A stretch of DNA of 63,777 bases, filler included, from Stramenopiles sp. TOSAG23-6 (Eukaryota): the NCBI GenBank assembly GCA_900128565.1. It is 5 parts of 5 records of this genome, joined end to end, with 100 filler letters (N's around TTAATTAATTAA, not from the genome) between each part and the next. Parts side by side here need not be neighbours in the genome. Positions count along the whole stretch, not along the records: positions 51,130 to 63,777 come from LT636196.1; 4 more parts are not named here. One strand, given 5' to 3'. How positions within the stretch are numbered: position 1 is the stretch's first letter; each line of letters begins with the position of its first letter. A program made the translations under genes and the position numbers. Under the pieces are notes generated by a model. That model did no database searches. It was not told where the DNA came from and was given only the letters and a program-made list of their open reading frames with translations. Below are positions 54,501 to 63,777 of this stretch, piece after piece.

Positions 54501-57500
54501 GGGTTAATTTAGAGCAACAAATTAAAGATGATACATTTAAACAAGAAGCTAATTTAGAGGAACAAGTTCAAGAACATACATTTACACAAGAAGCTAATTC
54601 AGAGGAACAAATTAAAGAGCATGCATTTACACAAGGAGCTAATTTAGAGGAACAAATTAAAGAGCATACATTTACACAAGAAGCTAATGTAGAGGAACAA
54701 AATCAAGAGCATACATTTACACAAGAAGCTAATTTAGAGGAACAAATTAAAGATGATACGTTTACACAAGAAGCTAATTTAGAGGAACAAATTAAAGAGC
54801 ATATATTCACACAAGAAGCTAATTTAGAGGAGCAAAATCAAGAGCACACATTTACACAAGAAGCTAATTTAGAGGAACAAATTAAAGATGATACATTTAC
54901 ACAAGAAGCTAATTTAGAGGAACAAAATCAAGAGCATACATTTACACAAGAAGCTAATTTAGAGGAACAAATTAAAGATGATACGTTTACACAAGAAGCT
55001 AATTTAGAGGAGCAAAATCAAGAGCATACATTTACACAAGAAGCTAATGCAGAGGAACAAATTAAAGATGATACATTTACACAAGAAATTACACCGGATC
55101 AAGTTGAAGATCATACGTTTCCACACGGAACAATTGAGATGCCACAAAATTCCTTAGAAAATACCGATGTCGAAAAGGTGGATATTATAGCTGATATAAA
55201 CACCCATTTTAATACTCTGCTTTGTACGTTTGATGTTCAAAGCATCGGAAGTGTCACAATAGAAGAATATAATGCTGCATTGTCAGATATACAAATCACT
55301 TTCGATTTTTATTTAACGGACGATGAAGTAAAAACAATTATTAGCGCTACAAATATTGATAATAGCGGAAAAATAAAAATCCACAATGCATTTGAACAAG
55401 CATGGAGTATTATTCAACCTATAATTGAAAAAGATCTTTATCCAATGAACAAAATGGAACATCATCAAACGAATGTGAAACAAAAAATGGAGTTACCCGA
55501 GATAGCAACAATAAATAGAAAATGGCGAGGTTGTTATTCCTCAGTCAATGAAGGATTTTTCCTTATTCATTCATTACAGGCTGGATCTGCAGTTGCAGTA
55601 CATGTACGTTTTCATCTTAAATTTCAATTTTGTTTTTGTATCAAATTTTATACCTAATGCATTTCAAATGTAACATACCTTTTCATAATACATGCAGTAT
55701 GTGTAAACGAATCTATCAGCATGTCTATAACAAAAGCAGTTGATACGAATGATCCCTCATCTATAGAACTTGAAAAATTAAGCATTATGTTGCTTGAAAC
55801 TCTCTTTTCCAACAAAAGACAAATCCAAGAAGCTGCAGCAGCAGAAAAATCTGAAGAACTGAATGCGATACAAAATATGAAAGATGCCGAAGAGGCTGAA
55901 CGCGATGCGTTGAAACAATTAGAAGTGATATTAGCTGCTGTTGAATCTGAAAATGAAATTACATTTGAGAATGATAATGCTGATATAGTTGCAAGTTTGA
56001 CAACCATGGTAAATGATGCAACCGAAAACATGCGAAAAGTTAACAATAAAACGAAAGACGAAATAGACAAAGCATTCAAAGACAAGGATCGGCAAATAGC
56101 TGAACACAAAAGTATGCTATTGGAAGTTCAGCAAGCTGACGCAAAGGTGAAAGAAGCTTTGCGTGAAGCAACCTTATTAGAAAAAGAGTTTAATATTGCA
56201 AAAGAGAAGTCCCAAATAGATTTGGAAAAAAATGAATCAGACCTATACATAGAAGACATTGATGAAACACAAGCCGAAGAAGTATTAGACGGAGCATTAA
56301 ATGAAGAAGTAAACATAAAATATATTTATGAAACAGAAGCCGAAGAAGTCTTTGACGAAGTACCAAACGAAGAAATAGACACAACGCGTATTGGTGAAAT
56401 AGAATCAGTACAGTTATTAGATAGAACATCAAATGAAGTCTGCAAGAAATTAAAGTTCAATGCACAATGGCGTGGATCTTACCGATGTCGTGGGAACAGA
56501 TCTTACTTAGTCTGTATCGCACAAATGGCCAAAATGATTCAAATACGCGCGATATGTGTTAATAATTCTATAGAAGTAAGTATATGCAAAACAATTGAAA
56601 GTACAGAACCATTATCAAGTATATCTTTGAAAGATATTGCAACGAAATATGTTGACACATTAACAAATACCTCAAAAGATACTCAACTTGTACCTACAAT
56701 AAAACATTTAAGTGGATCTGCAGATGTAGACATAGCTGTCTCAAATTTGTCTGCAACTTGGCGAGGTTGTCACTTGTTTGGAAGTGAACTATACCTTATT
56801 GTTGCCACACAAAATGATGATACTGTTTCACTGCGTATTGTTAATGTTAGTAACTCGGCTGCGATTAGCATACTTAAAAATCTTGAAAACAATAATACAT
56901 TATCGATTGAATCATTAAAAGATATTGCTTGTGCAGCTACATACAACTACTCGTCTGAAGTTACACCACGCTCATTAAAAATTAGAGATATATCTTCTTC
57001 ATCATCATCATGGCGTGGCATTTGCTTATCACGTCAAAATGAAATCTATGCATGTACCGTCACTAAAAACGAATGTAAAATTCGAGTTACTTGTATTTGT
57101 ATACGTAATTCTACAACGCTAATTACATCAAAAATACATAAGAGTAAACAATATCTGTCGGCTACATCACTTATGAAAATGGCAATGAAAGTAATTCGAT
57201 CTCCACCAAAAGCACCACGGCTCTTACAAAATGTTCCAAAATACCGAAACAAGACATCACAGGAAGCGAAGAAGAAGGCGATATTATATCAATCAAAATT
57301 GAAAGCACTCGCAGGATTGCAAAAACTAAAAGAGAAAGATAAAGCGGTTGAAGCAGCGCGTAAAGCCGAATCAGATTTGAAAGAAAAAATGGAACAATTG
57401 AAAAAGAAAGAACTTGCTATGGAAAAGGCACGCGAGGAAACGGAACGTCGAAAGCAACATCAGATCGAACAACAGCGACTTGCCTTGTATGAGGCACAGA

Positions 57501-60500
57501 AGTATGCTATTGCTTGTGCGTCTGTGATAGCAAGACAAGCTGCAACATCTACTGATAAATTTGCGAGAGAATCGATGCGTTCGTTGTACGATGCAGCTAT
57601 CGAGGATGCTCGGGTCAAGAAAGTTAAAGCAGAAAAAACTAGAAAATACCGCGAACTTGTCAGGCGGGCGGCAGCAAAGAGAGCGTCAGAAAATGCGATA
57701 CTTGAAGCAGCCGAAGAAGCGAAATGGAATGCATTCATCGAAAATGCCGTTGTTGCAGATGAATCATGGGATATTCTTGAGCAAAAGTTATTGGAAGATC
57801 AAGGGAAGTTACGTCGGATCGATGATAGTGATGGTAATGCTTATACAAAAGAGGAAATGGTCACTTTTTATGGAGGCACATATGAATGGGATCATGCCAG
57901 AGGGGAAAATGAGAATGAGGTAGAATGGCAAGCTCGACTTGATAGAATAGATGCCGCTGCAAAGAGACGCCAGTTTAGAAGATTACAAAAGGAACAGGAG
58001 GAAAGTCGGCGCCAAGAAGAAGAAAGAAAAAAAAATGAGCTTCGCGAAGCGCGAATAAGAGAAGCAAAAAAAGCCAAAGAATTACTCCGAAGAAAAGAGG
58101 AAGAAGCCAAGTTTTGGAAAGCAAAAGAAGAAGCAGATCGCATAGTTCGTGAGAGGCAAGCAAAGGAGGCAGAAGCAAGACGTTTGATGAAGGAAGCAAA
58201 AGATGCCGAAATCGCCGAGCGCGAGCGGATACTAGAGCTAGAGCGCATTGCAAATGAAAAGAGACGGTTGCAAAAGGAAGAAGAAGAACGGGAAGATTTA
58301 GAATTGAAAAATCGCGAAGAGGAGAAAATGAGAGTTTTTCAAGAACAACAGAAATCTCGTTTGGCCAAGGCAGATGCAGCTCTCAAGGCCAAGGAAAAAG
58401 AAAATAATGCTAAAATTGAAGCAGCTGCTAGAGCTAAAAAACGAAAAGAAATAAGAGAAAAGCTACGCCGGGAAGATGAAGAAAAGCAGAAAAGAAAGGA
58501 AGAGCTAGAAAAAATCCGTCTCTTGGAAGCTGAGGCTGAAGCTACACGGCGAGCAATGCTTACTACCGGAGAACGACGTAAAGAAGATCTGAAAAAGGCG
58601 CTCAAAGAGGGTGCAAGTTTTGCAAAAATAAAACAGGGTTTACAAACTATGAAGGAATCCATTCGTAAAGCTGAAGAAGACGCAGCAGCAGCAAAAGTTA
58701 AGGCAGCCGAAGAAGCTATGTTGGAAGAAGCGCGTCAAGCCCAAGCTTACTTCGAAGCGAGGCGCTTAGATAATGAAAAAAAACGCCTCTGGGAGAAAGA
58801 GGCATTGGCACTCAAAAATGAACTTGATGCGATGCACAAAGAGAAAATTTCACGTTATGAGAAAGATACAGAGATGCACCTAGCTTTCAAGTTGGAACAA
58901 CAACATAAATTTACCAGCTATCGAGAAAAAAAAAATAAGTTTGAGAAGAATATTAAGCAATTGTACGAGGAAACTCTAAACCAGGTTATGGTGGATATTT
59001 ACAGAAAACTTGAAAAGAAGGAAACAAATCGTCGAAGTAGTGTAACTTTGGATCAAGAATCATTATGTATTAATCAAAAAAAGGCTTTCATTCATTCGTT
59101 AAATTCAAATAAAAATAAAATACCCAAAAGACGAGGATCAAAGAATTATCGCTGGCTTGATATTTTGAGCTCTACTGGGGTTCCAGAAGATGGAAACAGA
59201 GTTCATGTGGAAGTATTACAATACCGAAAACCAGGACAAAAACACAATGATCCGAAGAGTGTTTTAGTAACTGAAGATTTGATTGATGGAGGTGCCGCAC
59301 AAGTTAATGTACTAGATACAAATAGTTCACAAATGTGTGATATTGTTGGACTGACAGAGTGGGTATCTCTTCGAAATCTTTGGCATATGAAAGCTGGAGG
59401 TTTACGAGGCCCGCCTGCGAAAGATACTCTTATCTGGATGGATGTTCTTGATGATTCCGAACATGGTGGTAAAGTAGGTCGCATTCCGGTAAAAGTATTA
59501 CAAAGTGGAACTATCGAAAGGAAAAATGCTAGAATAGAAATTATTCCTGGGGAAAGGGCACATCGTTACGGATTTCAAGGTGGAGAGGATGCATGGGTGA
59601 GTTATGATCATCTATGGCTACAACAAGCTGGGATAACTCGGATGCTCAGTGATATTCTACAAAGTCCGAGAAAAATTAAGACTGTTTCCGAAAGCACTTC
59701 AACTCGTTTACCACCAATCGAGGCATCTAAACCTTTACCACTGCAAAAAGTTCCAGATATAAATACTGGTACCAACACAAAGCTGGGGAGACATTCAAAA
59801 AAAGAAAAGATAGAAAAAGTAACAAAAGCTATTACACATTCTAAACCATTGAAACTTCAATCCCCAAAATTATTTTTATCTGGAGTTCACAAACTCTTCG
59901 GTGCAGCTACAGTTGGAAATGACAAAGCAATAAGAAGGTTAATTGCAATCGGAGTATCTATAAACTCGCGAGACCCTAATGGTAGTAATTGTACTGCTTT
60001 ACACATCTGTGCAAACCGTGGTCACGTGATCGCTTCAAATGTATTGCTGCATTTGGGCATTGCAGTTAATGCAATAAATACTAGGGGAGATACAGCATTG
60101 CATACAGCAGTTACATCGAGAATAATAGAAACATTCTCCGAAGAGGCGAAGCTCTCTAATTGTGGACCAACATTTAGTAAAAGAGAAAAAATTTATGATC
60201 ATAATAGTGTCAAAATATGCCGACTATTATTGCTGCGTGGAGCAAATGTAAATGCAAAGAGCAAAGATGGTTGTACACCATTACATCGCGCTGCTTTTTA
60301 TGGGCTTGGCTCCGAGGGTATTATTTTATTACAAAATGGAGCTCGAGTTCGAGTACGCGATCAGTGGAACCGAACTGCTTTAGAAACTGCAAAAGCTTTT
60401 GCAGTAAATAACAATACCACCGGAAAAATATATAATCAATGGATTGTATTTATGGATCTACTGAATAAACAGAATCGACGAGAAAAAGGTGAACTTGTAG

Positions 60501-60931
60501 GAAATGATACATTGAAGGTTGGTGAGAAAGTACTCGCAAGATTCCGAGGTCTTATTCCTTGGGTTAGAGGTGAAGTCGTGCAGGTTATTCAAAATAAAGA
60601 TGACGTATCTCCGTCAAAGAACTGTTTTGATATTCTTTATCAAAATGGCAAAACCGAAAATTCAGTCCATCGTAGACTCATTTTAAGAGATTTAAATATT
60701 AACAAGAAAGACAATAAGGACCCAATCCAATCCTATATGCGCGACTCCAAAAATGATTCCAAAAGGCATAGAAAGAGATTATCTCGCATCAATCAAGAAA
60801 TGGACAAGCTTCGTTCTGAACTTCAGCATTTGGTGAAAGATAATATCATAGCTGAATCAAAACTAAAAAAAAAAGAAAAAAATGTGGACACACAAAGATT
60901 GTTACAGAAGGCTAAAAGGCGAGAAAAATAA
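51572..60931 (+). CDS. ~3089-aa protein with WW domains, EF-hands, coiled coils, ankyrin repeats and a C-terminal Tudor-like domain, 2 exons
   Basis: The two long ORFs join in frame across intron 55604..55693. W..YYNT..SQW, DKDNSG/DEDGSG and TALH/TPLH motifs. Confidence 0.85.
54462..55087 (+). repeat. 45-bp coding tandem repeat (EEQxxxxTFTQEANL), about 14 copies
   Basis: Visible in both DNA and translation. Confidence 0.9.
55604..55693 (+). mobile_element. Family intron GT-AT (90 nt)
   Basis: CAT|GTACG...ATAATACAT|GCA; joins the 1361-aa and 1736-aa ORFs. Confidence 0.88.
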
Positions 60932-61058
60932 TAAATACATGTAAGTCAATTTAAAATTTAATACTCAATCGTGTTGTGTGTGAATTAAATTTTCTTTTTA
61001 GATTCACAAAACTCAAAAATATCTTCATCCTAAAAGTACTTTTAAAAGTACTTTTCCT

Positions 61059-61853
61059 TCATTGTTTTTTCTTCTCTGGTTTCATAAAAGGAACGCAACT
61101 TTTAATTACCTTATACTCCTGATTGTTGTGCGAAAACGAAATTTTCCTCCAAGGTTTAACTCGTGTTCTTAAGTCGGTATCAGACGACAATTTTTTTTTT
61201 GGAAGTAGATGTTTAGGTGCATGTTTTATCGCAAATGCAATTGAACATGCCAAGGTTTTTGTCTTTCCTTCGATCAAAAGTTGTTTATTCACATCTTTTA
61301 TTACGCCCTCGAGGTTTTCAGAAGGTTTGTAGACTTTACCATCAAAGCCTCTACCTCTACTTTTAGCTTGCAACTTTATTTGCCAAACATACTTGGGATC
61401 ATGGCACAAATCATACGGTTCCGAATCATCATTTTCCTTTCCAGCAAGAGATTCACTCTCTTTGACAGGGTCCGCCTCATCTTCAGTTTCCTCCCCTTCA
61501 CTGCTATCGTTCGACATTGCTTTTTTAGCATTGTTGTTATCGTTCGACACAGCTTTTTTAGCGAGGTTTTTTTTCTGAATCTTTTTTAGAGGCATTTCCA
61601 CATCATTTGTACTTAAGATTCGTTTCAACGAAGTACTTGGTTGACCTTTTTTCACATCTTTAGAAGCGGTTTGGGTAAGTAAGCACTTGTATAAAAACTT
61701 CATTTCCTTCTCAGCAGCTCTTACGTCTTGTCTCAAAGATTCAGTGATCGCTTTGTACTCATCAATTTCTTCATTACCTCTGGCAACAACATCAGTCAAA
61801 CGCACAATATTTTCACGGCATAAACTAACTATATCGAAGTTAGAGGTCGGCAT
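61059..61853 (-). CDS. Hypothetical protein with an N-terminal coiled coil
   Basis: 264-aa ATG ORF. Confidence 0.65.
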   Translation of the reverse strand: MPTSNFDIVSLCRENIVRLTDVVARGNEEIDEYKAITESLRQDVRAAEKEMKFLYKCLLTQTASKDVKKGQPSTSLKRILSTNDVEMPLKKIQKKNLAKKAVSNDNNNAKKAMSNDSSEGEETEDEADPVKESESLAGKENDDSEPYDLCHDPKYVWQIKLQAKSRGRGFDGKVYKPSENLEGVIKDVNKQLLIEGKTKTLACSIAFAIKHAPKHLLPKKKLSSDTDLRTRVKPWRKISFSHNNQEYKVIKSCVPFMKPEKKKQ

Positions 61854-62068
61854 TCTAATTGATCTAATCGTAATATTATTATTATGGACAGCCGAAGGTA
61901 GCGCAATTATAATTTTGCGCGCGATTTTGGATTACCTCGAAATTTCGAATTTCGAATTCGAATTCGCGCGCGGAAATTTTTAGTAGTCAGATTATAAATT
62001 CAGCGCCTAATTTTTATTTAGTGTTAGTATTTGTATAATTGGATTTGAATAATTGCGTGCTAAGAATA

Positions 62069-62785
62069 ATGATTTGCCTTTCAGTTGAATCCTACTTTGT
62101 TGTGTTTTGTTCCCTTGTTGTTTCAATATGTATATTTCAAAAGGAGTTTAGCTGTAAAGAGTATAGTGAATCAAATGGTAATAACCCTAACCCTTTGAGT
62201 CAATCAAGCTGTAGATCAAGTGTATTAGATGACAGTCACTGGTTGTCTTTACTTGTCGATCTTCGAACTTGGTGTAGTTCAAAGAACGCGGTTCGTGGTA
62301 ATATATCAGCTCTTATAGTACGTGGTAATACTCTTCTTAGTTGGGGCCATGTACGAAGCTTGATCGTTGACATTCCAAAAGGAAAAAAGGGAAGGGCAAA
62401 CGCTGATCTTCATGCAGAGGCAGATGCAGTAACTTGTGCAGCTAGAAATGGTATCAGTTTAGATGGTTCAACTCTTTACTGTAGTTCAATTTGTTGCATC
62501 CGGTGTTTTAGATTAGTTGTAGCTTCGGGAGTGGTAAGGGTGGTACACCCACCTCCACCTACCCCTGAATTTTATGGAAAAGATCGTAAATTTGTCAATT
62601 CTATTGCCAAAATTCATGGAGTTGATATAGACGACCGTGCAATCTTGCCTGGATTTCGCAAGTTAGAAAATGGAAAACCATCACATTTATTAGATTTAAA
62701 GAGATGTTGGGGACAAAATAGAAAATTTATTAGCAAACTAGAAACAAATATTTTGCCACAGATACAAAAAACAAACTTAGTTTAA
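62069..62785 (+). CDS. dCMP/cytidine deaminase family protein
   Basis: LHAEADAV..AARNG.SLDGSTLY..CIRC..LVVASGV zinc-binding motifs; start uncertain. Confidence 0.8.
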   Translation: MICLSVESYFVVFCSLVVSICIFQKEFSCKEYSESNGNNPNPLSQSSCRSSVLDDSHWLSLLVDLRTWCSSKNAVRGNISALIVRGNTLLSWGHVRSLIVDIPKGKKGRANADLHAEADAVTCAARNGISLDGSTLYCSSICCIRCFRLVVASGVVRVVHPPPPTPEFYGKDRKFVNSIAKIHGVDIDDRAILPGFRKLENGKPSHLLDLKRCWGQNRKFISKLETNILPQIQKTNLV

Positions 62786-62865
62786 ACTTAGTTTATGCGT
62801 TTATGCTAACCCTAACCCTAAAAAAATGTACCACACAAAAAATACAACCTTAGTGTACACTTAGT

Positions 62866-63717
62866 TTATGCATTTCCTAAACCTTTACCCGTAGCATGAA
62901 AGTGAAGTACACGCATAATGTCATACATTCTTGGTAATTCATCTGGTGAAAGTTCCAGTTTGAGTAAAACTAGTCTCCGTCCTGAACCTCCAGTTGAATC
63001 TTGAAATTGTACAACAAATTGATTTAATTTAACTTTGTTTTGGAAAAATATTTCAAAAAAAAAATTAATTTTTTTTTTGTTAGGTACAAAATTTCGTACG
63101 AAAANCNAAAAAAAAAAAAACTNAAAAAANAANTTGAAAAAAAAATAAAACATACCTTTGTTTTGGAAATGCACAATATCCGAAAATGGGATTTCTTTTA
63201 TGATCGATCGAGTGTGCATATCAACACATTTTGCACCAGTTGGACAAACAGCCATAAAAATCGTCTCTGGTAGTCCAAGCCGACGACACGAAATATGTGG
63301 TTTTGCAATGAATACTGTCATACCATATAATCCAAATTTAGAACAACACATAATATAGTCTCGACGATGTTCCATCCAATCATTATGTGTATTTCCATGT
63401 TTATCTGTAAGACCTTTGGTTTTTGTAATGTACTGCATACACACGCCATCTAAAGAATCTTCATCACAAAAACGAGAAGGGAGGTATTTTTGTAAATTTT
63501 TTAATGTTAATACCGAAGTAGGATCCACATAAGGGCTTCCATTACGTGATTCAGTTAACATTTGAAGCACTGCAATTTCGTACAATTCTGAACGACGGAT
63601 GGGCTGCCTGTTTGTATATCTACCTGAGATTATATCTGTCACGGCTTGGTGAAACATTAAATGTTCTGATGCGGGATCATCAACAGAGACTGGAATAAAA
63701 TATTTTACACGGTAGAC
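62866..63717 (-). CDS. FERM-domain C-terminus (possibly a MyTH4-FERM protein), 5'-partial
   Basis: LMFHQAVTDIISGRY, KYLP, LYGMTVF and EIPFSDI motifs. Confidence 0.75.
   Translation of the reverse strand, partial: VYRVKYFIPVSVDDPASEHLMFHQAVTDIISGRYTNRQPIRRSELYEIAVLQMLTESRNGSPYVDPTSVLTLKNLQKYLPSRFCDEDSLDGVCMQYITKTKGLTDKHGNTHNDWMEHRRDYIMCCSKFGLYGMTVFIAKPHISCRRLGLPETIFMAVCPTGAKCVDMHTRSIIKEIPFSDIVHFQNKGMFYFFFXXFFXFFFFXXFVRNFVPNKKKINFFFEIFFQNKVKLNQFVVQFQDSTGGSGRRLVLLKLELSPDELPRMYDIMRVLHFHATGKGLGNA
63033..63155 (-). mobile_element. Family intron ending AG (123 nt) with a 14-bp direct repeat
   Basis: TTTCCAAAACAAAG|GTATG...TTTCCAAAACAAAG|TT. Confidence 0.8.
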
Positions 63718-63777
63718 ATGTTTTGTGAAAAAATATTTCAAAAAAAAAACTTAAATTTGTTAGGTACAAAATTTCGT
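63718..63777 (-). mobile_element. Family intron, 3' part (ends AT)
   Basis: ACGAAATTTTGTACCTAAC...CACAAAACAT; the window ends inside it. Confidence 0.85.

Noticed and set aside
54462-55087. CRISPR-like array
   Set aside because: In-frame 45-bp coding tandem repeat without unique spacers, in a eukaryotic gene with no cas genes nearby.
12818-63777. Ciliate-IES-like DNA excision of the inserts
   Set aside because: Strict sense orientation plus donor-like and branch-like motifs favour RNA splicing. Not formally excluded without reads.

Overview
Eukaryotic nuclear DNA, AT-rich and gene-dense, most likely from a flagellated stramenopile (tubular-mastigoneme-type EGF protein, IFT122, TTAGGG hexamers). 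The window is five unrelated contigs (12717, 12695, 12660, 12657 and 12648 bp, in descending size) joined by artificial 100-bp N44-TTAATTAATTAA-N44 linkers. Contig 1 carries two convergent giant Gly/Ser-rich repeat genes that share an identical 3344-bp inverted repeat but have different C-termini. Contigs 2-5 carry housekeeping genes (VIT1-like, TRM5, RBM19/MRD1, ADAT1-like, APC15-like, DIS3L2, CPS, IWS1, MRPS21, NMT, ERGIC3, a deaminase, a FERM protein). Main finding: about 35 copies of one family of roughly 90-120 nt introns interrupt these genes, all in the sense orientation. Consensus: GTAYGTTTT...TTTCGTACGAAATTTTGTACCTAAC...GAAATATTTTTYCAMAATAC-NN. They almost never end in AG: of 32 visible 3' ends, 27 are AT, 2 TT, 1 AC, 1 CT and 1 AG. 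The last two bases usually duplicate the last two bases of the upstream exon. Removing them restores conserved proteins precisely. They coexist with ordinary GT-AG introns, which points to an introner-like family of non-canonical introns with an unusual way of defining the 3' splice site. Splicing is inferred from reading frames and protein motifs; no transcript data are available.
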